20,000 nt of DNA, from the NCBI RefSeq assembly GCF_004010195.1, contig NC_057718.1, positions 91,389,517 to 91,409,516 of the forward strand, read 5' to 3'. The position numbers and the translations under genes are program-made. The notes beneath the pieces were generated by a model. That model did no database searches, had not been told where the DNA came from, and was given only the letters and a program-made list of their open reading frames with translations. Position 1 is the stretch's first letter. Every line of letters begins with the position of its first letter. Source of the stretch: Chiloscyllium plagiosum. Its lineage: Eukaryota. Below, piece by piece: positions 1 through 9,411 of the stretch.

Positions 1-2
1 TA

Positions 3-649
3 GCTCAGCTTTCAAACTTGCTGGAGAAACCATCAGAATCTGTAGAGATGGTAAGAATTCAATTGCAAATGAAGCAGCTTTAGTTAGAGGTGAGAGATAA
101 GGAAAGAGCAGCAGGAATGAAACAGTTTGAGTTACGATTAAAAGCAGAAGAGAGGGGAAAAGAACAAATAGCTTTAGCAGAAGAGAAAGAAAAAAGACAG
201 CGTTTGAACTTCAGAAATTAACACCTAAAAAGGAAAGTCAGCTGAAAAAGCTGGAGATAACGGCTGAATGTAACCTTAGCAAGGAAGGAGTACAAACGCA
301 TGTGGAAAAGCAGAGAGTTAAAATGGCAAGGTTAGCAGCTGATGTGGCTGATGATTATGAGCTGGTACATAAGACATGGTTTGGCTTCCAGAATCAATTT
401 CAGTCCATGAGGGATAGAAATTGGAACAAAGAGAAATCCTCACGTGGAAAGGGAAAGGTAGATCTCAGTGAAGATCATAAGGATAACTTACCACAGGGTA
501 AAAAAGAAGCTCTTGAGGGGGACAAAATAGTTACAAAGCTCCAGTGCTTTCATTGTAATAAAGTTGGCCAAATGAAATCACAGTGTTGGTGGGCTAGGAG
601 AAAGCCAGATGTAGGAAAACCAGACAAGATTGGAAGTTCTGTTGGATAA
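3..649 (+). pseudogene. gag remnant of the Gypsy element (charged coiled-coil, AADVADDY motif, degenerate zinc knuckle)
   Basis: The frame from position 3 reads AQLSNLLEKPSESVEMVRIQLQMKQL*LEVRDKERAAGMKQFELRLKAEERGKEQ. ORF 302-649 contains ARLAADVADDYELVHK and CFHCNKVGQMKSQC (CCHC with H replaced by Q). Confidence 0.85.
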
Positions 650-789
650 GTAACAAAAAGCACAAGTGATGTTAGACAATTGCCTCAGAGTGTACAAGAT
701 GATCAGAGGTTGGTTAAGGAGGAAGTGCTAGATCTGCTTAAAAAATATACAAGGTAAAGTTTATTCACATAGGCCAGGAGGAACAGGTA

Positions 790-3700
790 AAGAGGTTACA
801 ATATTAAGGGACACAGGATCTCGCCAATCTGTAATGCTGAAGGATGAGGATGTACTCCTGACGGACTATTGCCAAAAAAAGTACTGGTACCAGGAATCCA
901 TGGTGAGACAAAAAGCACTTATAGTGTCATAGAGATGTACAGCACGGAAACGGATCCTTCAGTCCAACCTGTCCATGCCAATCAGATATCCCAACCCAAT
1001 CTAGTCCCAGGCCCATATCCCTCCAAACCCTTCCTATTCATATGCCCATCCAAATACCTCTTAAATGTTGCAATTGTACCAGCCTCCACCACTTTCTCTG
1101 GCAGCTCATTCCATACCCGTACCACCCTCTGTGTGAAAAAGTTGCCCCGTAAGTCTCTTTTATATCTTTCTCCTCTCACCCTTATCCTATGCCCTCTAGT
1201 TCTGGATTCCCCGACCCCAGGGAAAAGACTTTGCCAATTAACTTATCCATGCCCCTCATAATTTTGTAAACCTCTATATGGACACCCCTCAGCGTCCGAC
1301 GCTCCAGGAAAAACAGCCCCAGGCTGTTCAGCCTCTCCCTATAGCTCAAATCCCAAACCCTGGCAACATCCTTGTAAATTTTTTCTGAACCCTTTCAAGT
1401 TTCACAACATCTTTCCGATAGGAAGGAGACCAGAATTGCATGCAATATTCCAAAAGTGGCCTAACCAATGTCCTGTACAGCCGCAACATGACCTTCCAAC
1501 TCCTGTACTCAATATACTGACCAATAAAGGAAAGCATACCAAACTCCTTCTTCACTATCCAATCTACCTGTGACTCCACTTTGAAGGAGCTATGAACCTG
1601 CACTCAAAGGTCTCTTTATTCAGCAACACTCCCTAGGACCTTACCATTAAGTGTATAAGTCCTGCTAAGATTTGCTTTCCCAAAATGCAGCACCTCGCAT
1701 TTATCTGAATTAAACTCCATCTGCCACTTCTTAGCCCATTGGCCTATCTGGTCAAGATCCTGTTGTAATCTGAGGTAACCTCTTCGCTGTCCACTACACC
1801 TCCAATTTTGGTGTCATCTGCAAACTTACTAACTATACCTCTTATGCTCGCATCCAAATCATTTACGTATGTGACAAAAAGTAGAGGGCCCAGCACTGAT
1901 CCTTGTGGCACTCCACTGATCACAGGCCTCCAATCTGAAAAACAACTCTCCACCACCACTCTCTGTCTTCTACCTTTGAGCCAGTTCTGTATGCAAATGG
2001 CTAGTTCTCCCCGTGTTTCGTGAGATCTAACCTTGCTAATCAGTCTCTCATGGGGAACCTTGTCGAACGCCTTACTGAAGTCCATATAGATCACATCTAC
2101 CACTCTGCCCTCATCAATCCTGTTTGTTACTTCCTCAAAAAACTCAATCAAGTTTGTGAGACATGGTTTCCTACACACAAAGCCATGTTGACTATCCCTA
2201 ATCAGTCCTTGCCTTTCCAAATACATGTACATTTGGTCCCTCAGGATTCCCTCCAACAACTTGCCCACCACCGACGTCAGGCTCACTCAGTTATGTAAAT
2301 TGAGGCTAGAATGTCCAAAGGTGAGTGGAAAATTTGTGGGAGGAATACTGGACAAACTCTCAGCTCCAGGAATACCATTTGTCCTTGTAAATGATATAGC
2401 TGATTCACCGGTAGGTGTTCTGCCTACTCTAGTTGAAAAGCCAGTGGAGACTCAAGCAACTGAAAAAATGCAGAGCATTTATCCAGGGATCTTCCCTGAT
2501 TGTGTGGTCACAAGATCACAGAGGCACAAGCTGAAGGAGGAGAGATCAAGACGCACAGATAAGGAAGATGACATAGTTTTATCAGGGACTTTTCTTGATC
2601 AGAAAAGTGGTACAGATCAGGAGTAAATACAAGTATCTTTAGCTCTGCTAAGCTGATTGAGTTTTAGCAGAAAGATAAGAACTTAAAACAGTTGTATCAA
2701 AACGCAGATATAGAGATGGAGAGTGATTGCATCTCTGTGTTATTACTTAACAAATTATATCTTAATGAGGAAATGCACATTCAAGCAGATGAGAAATGGG
2801 CAGAAGTTCATCAAATTGTTTTGCCCGTAGAGTATAGAAAGGAGGTGTTGCGAGTGGTGCATGAGCTACCACTTGGAGGTCATTTAGAAGATGAGGAAAA
2901 CACAAGCTAAAATACAAAGACATTTTTACTGGCCTGGACTACATAAGGATGTGGTTGAATTTTGCCAGATATGTCATACATGTCAACTAATCAGAAAATC
3001 ACAGGCAGTAATAAAACCTTCATCTTTAATACCTATTCCAGCATTTGAGGAACCTTTCAGAAGAGTCTTGATTGATTGACTACCTCAAACAAAAAGTGGG
3101 AATAAGTGTTTATTAACAATAATGGATGTATCATCTAGATTTCCAGACATAGTCCCATTACACAACATCACAGCTACAAGGGTTGTAGAAGAATTACTCA
3201 ATTTTTTATTTGATACAGACTACCGAGAGAGAGTCAGTTAGATCAAGGGTCAGACTTCACATCCAAGCTACTCAAGGAGGTTATAGATAACTTGGGAATA
3301 AAGCAATTCAAATCGACTGCATACCAGCCAGAATTGCAGGGATCGCTAGAAAGATGGCATCAAACATTAAAGACCATGTTGAGGGCTTATGGCCAGGATT
3401 ATCCAGATGATTGGGATAAGGGAATTCTGTTTGCAGAGATGCATCAAATGAATCAACCTAATTCAGCCCATTTGAATTAATATTTGGGCATAAAGTAAGA
3501 GGACCATTAAAATTGATTAAGGATAAATTAATAAGTCAGAATTCAGAGACCACCCATTTGGACTATGTGACAAATTTTTGAGAATGATTAAACCGAGCTG
3601 AAGAGTTGGCTAGGCAGCATTTAAAAGTATCACAGCATACAATGAAAGAAGAAGCAGACAAGAAATCACAAATTTGCAATTTTGCAATTGGGGATAAGGT

Positions 3701-5331
3701 ATTGGTGTTACTTCCAGTGACAGGTGAAATTTTAAAAGCCAGGTTTAGAGGACCATATCAAATCAAAAAGAAATTAAATGAGGTGAACTACTTGATAGGG
3801 ACTCCAGACAGGAGGAAATCTCACAGAGTGTGTCATATGAATATGCTCGAAAGGTATTTTAACAGGGAAGGAAAGCAAGATGAGAAGGTGTTAATGATTA
3901 CAGCACAGAAGGAAGAACCAAGTTCAGAGGATTCTGAATTGGACATTCCTAAAATCAAATTGGACAATGAGGAAGTTGACAAAAATTGGGATAAATTATT
4001 GAGTTAACTTCCACAAGAAAATCGAATTAACCTGAAAGAGTTATTGCTTTCACATAGGGAGATATGAGAAAATAAACCGGGAGGTACTATCCTAATTGTG
4101 CACGATGTAGTTATAGAGGATGCTGTTCCGATTAAGCAATATCCATATAGGCATAGCCCTTTAAAGTTCGCACAGGTTCAGAAGGAGATAGAACGCATTC
4201 TCCAAGATGGCATAATTGAAGTGAGTTACAGTGACTGGAGCTCACCTGTAGTCATGGTGCCAAAGCCGGATGGTACCCAACGGTTGTGTGTGGACTGTCG
4301 CAGAGTCAATGCCGTTACAAAGATTGTTGCATATCCAACTCCGCAGTTGGAGGACTGTGTCGAAAAAGTGCGTCAAGCAACTTACATTTCTAAGTTGGAT
4401 TTGCTCAAAGGCTGTTGGCAGGTACCTCTGTCAGAGAGAGCAAAGGCAATTTTGGCTTTCGTAACACCAAATGGACTATATCAGTTCAAAGTCATGCCAT
4501 TTGGTGTGAAAAACGCTCCAGCCACATTTCAGACACTAACTAATAAGATCATTGCTGGATTAACCAAATGTGTTTTTAAATTGATGACCTGGTGATTTTT
4601 AGTCAGTCATGAAAGGAGGATTTACAGCATTTATTGAACTTTGGAAGGCAGGCTTGATGGTAAAATTGAATTTGCCAAAGCCCAAGTCACCTTACTGGCC
4701 ATGTAATTGGACACAGACAGATGACCCCACGGTATGCATAAACGAAAGTAATTGGCGAATTTCCAACACCGTTGACAAAAAGAGCAGTACTACAGTTCCT
4801 GGGATTGAGTGGATTTTATCGGAAGTTTGTCCTGAATTCTAGCAGTGTAGCTGCTCCACTCACCAAATTGTTAAAACAGGGCAAGAAACTTCAGTGGACA
4901 GCAGACTGTCAAAAAGCATTTGACAGTCCAAAAACTATGTTAACCACTGGCCCAGTATTTGCCACACGTGATTACACAAAGCCTTTCAACGTGGCTATCA
5001 ATGCCAGTGATGTGGGTGTTGGTGCGGTGCTCCTGCGGGAGGATGATGAGGGAATAGAAAGATCCAGCTGTTTTTTTCCAGGAAGTTGAACATTCACCAA
5101 CAGAAATATCCAATGGTGGAGAAAGCGACTTTGAGCTTGGTGTTGGCATTACAACATTTCAGTATTTATATTACCACTGATCATAACCCATTAACATTTG
5201 TGGAAAAATGAAAGAGCAAAAAGGCCAGACTGTTTAGATGGAGCTTGTTGCTGCAGCCATTCAATTTGACAATTGTGCATGTGGCAGGTTACGAAAACAT
5301 GATTCCCGATGTGTTGTTGAGACTTGAATGA
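790..5331 (+). pseudogene. pol remnant of the Gypsy element (protease, integrase, reverse transcriptase, RNase H), split by a CR1 insertion at 920-2287
   Basis: Motifs are listed under the element. The RT catalytic YIDD tyrosine codon is TAA at 4577-4579. RNase H ends ...ENMIPDVLLRLE* at TGA 5329-5331. Confidence 0.92.
920..2287 (-). mobile_element. CR1-clade LINE (HER1-like), 5'-truncated, inserted antisense into Gypsy pol
   Basis: Minus-strand ORFs carry CR1 RT motifs: SQHGF, YMDFSKAFDKVPH, GVPQGSVLGPLLF, KFADDTK, LVRPLLEYC.QFWSP, LERVQ and FFTQRVVRVWNELP. The CR1 3' tail (rc: ...GTTTCCGTGCTGTACATCTCTATGAC) lies at ~926-960. Both junctions carry CACT (916-919 and 2284-2287). Confidence 0.95.
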
Positions 5332-5505
5332 GATATGGAGGCATTCGGTGGCAAGGTGCCATGGCCTGAATTTGTATGTGGTTGTGAATGTTTGCATGTG
5401 TACAGTTAGTATAGTGGATTTGTGTGTTTTATACTAATAACCAGTTTGTTTTTGAAGGATTTTAAAAAAGCAGCCAACTTTTGATATTGATGGTTCATTT
5501 TTTTT

Positions 5506-5515
5506 AAGGCGGAAG
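5506..5515 (+). promoter_or_regulatory. Polypurine tract (plus-strand primer site) of the Gypsy element
   Basis: AAGGCGGAAG follows a T-run and lies immediately before TGTAACA. Confidence 0.7.
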
Positions 5516-6134
5516 TGTAACAAAGCTTTTTTTCTAAAAGCTATTCCTTTTCTTAAGGATATGTGTCCTTGGTTGTTTATCCAAGGGGTCATAAAACTCT
5601 CTGGGCTCTGAAATGGCTGGGTTTGGTACAGAGATAGAAGGGTATTGAGAGGCCTTTTTGTTTATATGTAAACAGATGCGTCTTTAGGACAAAGCTTTTA
5701 TATTTTTAGAAATAACCTGTATAAGTCAAGCCAGGTCCCTGGCTGATAAATTCAGTTGGAGTTCAGCTGTAGGCTGTGTGGAAACAGACTGCTGAACTCA
5801 CTCTCCTTCTGCCCTTCTAACTTCAACTTCTAAGCCTTTGTTTCATTTTTACTGTGTTTAAAGGGTTTGCTTATTGGGACTGTTGTGTATATTCGGAACA
5901 GCATAATTAAGTCTAGTTTGGATAGACTGAGTTCTATAGGAGTTCTTTATTCTGTTCTTTGTGTTTCATTGTAGAACTTTGTGAATTATTTTTGTCTGTT
6001 TTAAAACATGGTAGTCAATCTAGCTAACTTACTCCGAGTGATTTTCACTGTACATTTAGCGAAACAAATTGCAAAGTTATGGTCTGGGCTGCCTTATTAA
6101 GAATATTTTGAGTGGTCTGGCCTAGTCCATAACA
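5516..6134 (+). repeat. 3' LTR of the Gypsy element (~619 bp)
   Basis: Starts TGTAACA directly after the PPT and ends CCATAACA (TG...CA termini, imperfect TGT(A/T)A inverted ends). PLE endonuclease sequence begins at the very next base. The partner 5' LTR is outside the window, so the boundaries cannot be confirmed by alignment. Confidence 0.75.
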
Positions 6135-6690
6135 TACTACATCTGAGGCTCCTGATGTGGTCTTCCATACATCGGGGAGACCAAACATAAACTTAGGGAA
6201 CAGTTTGTCGAGCATCTCAGCCTGGCCTACAGGCGCTGACAGGACCTCCCAGTCACTGCCCATTTTAATTCCCCTTCCCATTCCCTTTCTGACATGACCA
6301 TCCTTGACCTCTTCCATTGACACAATGAACCTAACTGCAAATTGGAGGACCAACACCTCATCTTTCACCTGGGCAGCGTACAACTCGGAGGACTCAATGT
6401 GGAATTCTTCAATTTCAAATAACCTCCCTTCTCTTCCCCCAACTCCCTACCCAGCCCTTTCCCCCTCCCTTCCATTCCTCCCAGCCACCCACTGACGAAC
6501 CAGGTTGTACCCTTTGCCTGTCTTCACATAACTCCACTTCACTACTTTGCCCCCCATCACCTCCTTTATCTGCAGCTTCCTCTATACCCACCCCCAGTCC
6601 TGAAGAAGGCTTACACCGGAAATGTTGACTTCTCTACCTCCTAAGGCTGCTTGGCTTGCTGCATTCTTCCTGTCTCCTGCTTGTCTACCT
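6135..6690 (+). mobile_element. 3' part of a Penelope-like element: GIY-YIG endonuclease, C-rich spacer and pLTR with hammerhead motif
   Basis: One frame from 6135 to 6422 reads YYI*GS*CGLPYIGETKHKLREQFVEHL...LPVTAHFNSPSHSLSDM...KLEDQHLIFHLGSVQLGGLNVEFFNFK*. This fits the PLE GIY-YIG pattern (VY.I.C..C...YIGET...L..RF.EH...H F...H...GLN). A pyrimidine-rich tract (6423-6595) and CTGAAGAAGG..CCGGAAATGTTGAC follow. Confidence 0.9.
6596..6630 (+). ncRNA. Degenerate minimal type I hammerhead ribozyme motif in a PLE pLTR
   Basis: Stem I AGTC (6596-6599) pairs with GACT (6627-6630). Core CTGAAGA is at 6600-6606, a weak stem II is GG-CTTACA-CC, and GAAA is at 6619-6622. The TG-TT that follows is plausibly CpG-decayed CG-TC. 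Confidence 0.65.
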
Positions 6691-6803
6691 GGCAATGGCT
6701 ATTAGCAAGTGTCACTTTCAGTGATGACACTCTTCATGTTCAGCTCATGGTGGTTATTATATGGCCTCCATTAATTGGATGGTGTAGCTTAGATCCAACC
6801 TGC

Positions 6804-6888
6804 AGGGGCTCTTGTGGTTCAAAGGTTAAGGAGGTCTGGGTTCACGTCCCACCTGCTTCAGAGATGTATAATAAATATTTAGATCCAG
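6804..6888 (+). mobile_element. Short tRNA-derived SINE relic
   Basis: Has an A-box-like TGTGGTTCAAAGG and a B-box-like GGGTTCACGTCCC, followed by ACCTGCTTCAGAG. It resembles the reverse complement of 7920-8018. Confidence 0.55.
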
Positions 6889-7194
6889 TATAGTGGAGGC
6901 AGAAATGAGATATAGTCAGCTAAGAGACAATTAGACACATTTACCTGTGAAAATCTGTCTGAAATACATTTATATATGATAGTTGAAATGTGAGAGCCTT
7001 TTTTAAAATGCCCTCTACAGTGGGAGTTTGTTCACATCTTTTATCTTGACAAATATTCACCTATACATTGGTTCATATTGGATCAAGCTAGTATTGCCCT
7101 ACTGGGCAAGGAAATTGTGTATGTCACAAAACTTTTCTGCCATCCAGAAAATCAATTTCTAATATATAACTCAGTTAGTAAGAATGGGTTGCAT

Positions 7195-7219
7195 TGATTA
7201 TTTTCTGTCCTTTTTCTAG
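7195..7219 (+). promoter_or_regulatory. Splice acceptor: polypyrimidine tract plus AG
   Basis: TTTTCTGTCCTTTTTCTAG ends at 7219, directly before the open exon frame. Confidence 0.9.
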
Positions 7220-7425
7220 GGACGTGAACTGATCACAGGAAGTGTCAATGCAGGGAACTACTTTGAAATTCATTTGAACCAATACAGCATGGTAGAATCC
7301 ATCACTTGTTTCTCACTAAAATCTTTCCCAGTCTCCAACTATATCTGCTTATATGGACAGCACGAGCGCCTCCTTAATAATTTGTGTTCTCGCTTTGACG
7401 AAGGCATGATCTCAGATTTGTACAG
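7220..7425 (+). CDS. CFAP61: Internal coding exon (206 nt, phase 0 to phase 2) of cilia- and flagella-associated protein 61
   Basis: Canonical ag|GGA...TACAG|gtaag boundaries enclose the stop-free translation GRELITGSVNAGNYFEIHLNQYSMVESITCFSLKSFPVSNYICLYGQHERLLNNLCSRFDEGMISDLY(S/R). This matches my recollection of the vertebrate CFAP61/C20orf26 C-terminal region (G..YF.IH.N.Y.MVE.ITC.S...FP.SNYI.L.GQHE.LLNNLC.R.DE..I.DLYSYF). The identity is from recall, not from a search. Confidence 0.88.
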
Positions 7426-7431
7426 GTAAGG
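7426..7431 (+). promoter_or_regulatory. Splice donor
   Basis: CAG|GTAAGG is a near-consensus 5' splice site. Confidence 0.9.
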
Positions 7432-7613
7432 TAAAAATAGGTATTGTATACATATTCTTTCTTATGGTATTTAAGGCTGATTTTTCAAATTAGATCATGT
7501 ACAATTGTGATGGATGTTGTCTGGGAAAAGAATAAAAATAGGTCATATCTGGTCATCAAAAATCAGAGATAGTGTGCTATTCTCTATGCCACCAAATCAA
7601 ATTGATGCTTAGT

Positions 7614-7751
7614 GAGTCGTAGAGTCATACAGCACAGAAACAGACCCTTCGGTCCAACTCATGCGTGCCAACCAGCCATCCCAATTTGACCTAGACTCAT
7701 TTGCCAGCATTTGGCCCATATCCCTCTAAACCCTTCCTATTCATATACCCA
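7614..7751 (-). mobile_element. CR1 LINE 3'-terminal fragment
   Basis: Aligns by eye with 926-1050 (GTCATA..CAGCAC.GAAAC.GA.CCTTC.GTCCAAC...GGCCCATATCCCTC.AAACCCTTCCTATTCATAT.CCC) and has a GAGTCGTAGAGTCATA tail repeat. Confidence 0.85.
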
Positions 7752-7919
7752 ACTTTTAAAAAGTATTTTTCCTTTACCATGACATTCTTCTTTTAAGCAG
7801 GGTAGAATTTCATGGGATGCTAGCCTAAAACGCAGACATACTGGAGCGATCTTTGCTTATTCCTTTACTACTATATATAGTTGTTTATATATAAAATACT
7901 TTCTCAAGATCACAATGTA

Positions 7920-8018
7920 GATATTCTTAATCAACTTCCTCAGGGATGTTATGACAACCTCGGGAGCAGGTGAGACTTGAATCCAGCTAGTACACTAGCA
8001 TCGTGCATAAAAGCCCTC
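7920..8018 (-). mobile_element. Short tRNA-derived SINE relic, same family as 6804-6888
   Basis: The reverse complement reads GAGGGCTTTTATGCACGATGCTAGTGT...GGATTCAAGTCTCACCTGCTCCCGAGGTTGTCATAACATCCCTGAGGAAGTTGATTAAGAATATC. It shares the B-box plus ACCTGCT core with 6838-6875. Confidence 0.55.
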
Positions 8019-8579
8019 AAGACCACAATGTATATGTGATCACAATTCGAGTGTAGTTAGTATTTATACCCACTTTTTGGAACCAATTTAACCTTAACTT
8101 AGTTGATGATGACTCAACCATTAAGATATGACTCAGCATTTTACATCTGTATCCTGATGTCCTGCAATATGCAAATTGTCTAATCAACTCAATGAGAGCA
8201 TCTTTATGGAAGTAATAGATTTGAAATATTTTTGATTGCACCCAGAGATTGAAGAGAATAGAGCTTGGTTCATAGCTTCATAAAAAATACACACAGCCAA
8301 ATAGTAAAAGGCCCTGTTTTCATCAGTGAGGATTGTCTGCATTGTTTTCTGTGAGTTGGTTGTCAGCATTGACAGTTGCAGGAAATATGGAAGTGTGTTT
8401 AATTAGTAATTTAGTAGTAACTAAAATTGTGTTGTTAAACCAGGTGGGCATTTAAAATAATGTCAATAATAACATGAAAGAATAGATCAACTTTTTGACA
8501 AGCTTGAATTTAATAATATTCTGATAGATTTCGGTTGTATCACCAGCCAATATGAGGAAGGCTTATTGAATTAAAAAGA

Positions 8580-9411
8580 AAGTTTGTGGATGACAGCAAA
8601 ATTAGTGGTATAGTGGACAGTGAATAAGGTTATCCAAGATTACAAAGGGATGTTGATGAATTGAGGGTGAGGAGTGGCAGATGGAATTTAATTTGGAAAA
8701 ATGCGAGGTATTGCATTTTATTAATACAAACAAGGGCAGGACTTACATAATTAAAGGTAGGGCTTTGAGCAGTGCTGTAGAACAGAAAGACCTAAGGGTT
8801 CAGGTAACTAATTCTTGGAAGTTTGTAGACAGTGAGGTTAAGAAGATGTTTAGCACACTTGCCTTCGTTACTCAGACCTTTGAGTGTAGGGGTTGGGACT
8901 CATGTTGAGATTGTACAGGACATTTGTGAGGTCTCTTCTCAAGTACCGTGTCCAGTTCTGGTCGTCCTGTTATAGAAGAGATATTATTAAACTGGAGAGA
9001 GTTTATAGAAGATTTACCAGGATGTTAACAGGAAATGAGGGTTTGAGTTATGAGGTTGAGAGGTGCCCTTCTAGAGGTTTATAAAATCATGAGTGGTATA
9101 GATAAAATGAATGGCAGGTGTCTTTTCCATGGGGTGGGGGATTTCAAGTCTAGGGGACATATTGTTAAGGTGAAAGGAGGAAGATGTAAAAAAAACATGA
9201 GGGGCAACTTTTTTACACAGTGAGTAGTTCATGTGTAGAATGAGCTACCAGAAGAAGTGGTGGACATTTAAAAGACATCTGCATAAGTTCATGAATGAGA
9301 ATTGTTTGGAGGGATATGGGCCAAACACAAGCAAGTGGGACTAGTTTAGTTTGGATTAGCATAGACTGGTTGGACCCAATGGTCTGTTTCCATCCTATAT
9401 GACTCTATGAC
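8580..9411 (+). mobile_element. CR1 LINE, 5'-truncated at the RT catalytic motif, older copy
   Basis: Begins with KFVDDSK (FADD equivalent), followed by WQMEFNLEKCEVLHF, QKDLRV, LYRTFVRSLLKY.VQFWS and LERV. Ends ...GTCTGTTTCCATCCTATATGACTCTATGAC at 9411. Confidence 0.92.

Larger units (their letters stand above)
1..6134 (+). mobile_element. Ty3/Gypsy LTR retrotransposon, Gmr1-like clade (gag, PR-IN-RT-RH order, PPT, 3' LTR), decayed; 5' end lies outside the window
   Basis: Motifs occur in this order on the + strand: Gag zinc knuckle CFHCNKVGQMKSQC (in ORF 302-649); protease ILRDTGS (GAC ACA GGA at 810-818); integrase HHCC (VHELPLGGHL...FYWPGLHKDV..CQICHTC, ~2850-2990); integrase core (LID 3068, DQGSDF 3241, LERWHQTLK ~3346); GPY/F module (RFRGPYQI..LNEVNY); RT (WSSPVVMVPKPDG..RLCVD, KLDLLKG, MPFGVKNAPATFQ, *IDDLVIFS 4577-4603); RNase H (ASDVGVGAVL, TDHNPL, RLFRWSLLLQ). 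Many stops and frameshifts. Confidence 0.95.

Noticed and set aside
869..1261. 130-aa ORF as a novel gene
   Set aside because: It is a chimera of 17 Gypsy pol codons read into antisense CR1 sequence. ORF 2225-2626 is the mirror-image artefact.
6144..6320. In-frame TGA codons in the PLE nuclease (6144, 6153, 6318) as selenocysteine, as reported for some Naiad PLEs
   Set aside because: The first two fall at positions flanking the expected cysteines and fit CGA>TGA CpG decay. The copy is degenerate overall and I see no supportable SECIS. The TGAs at ~12789 and 19852 stand where Gly and Trp are expected.
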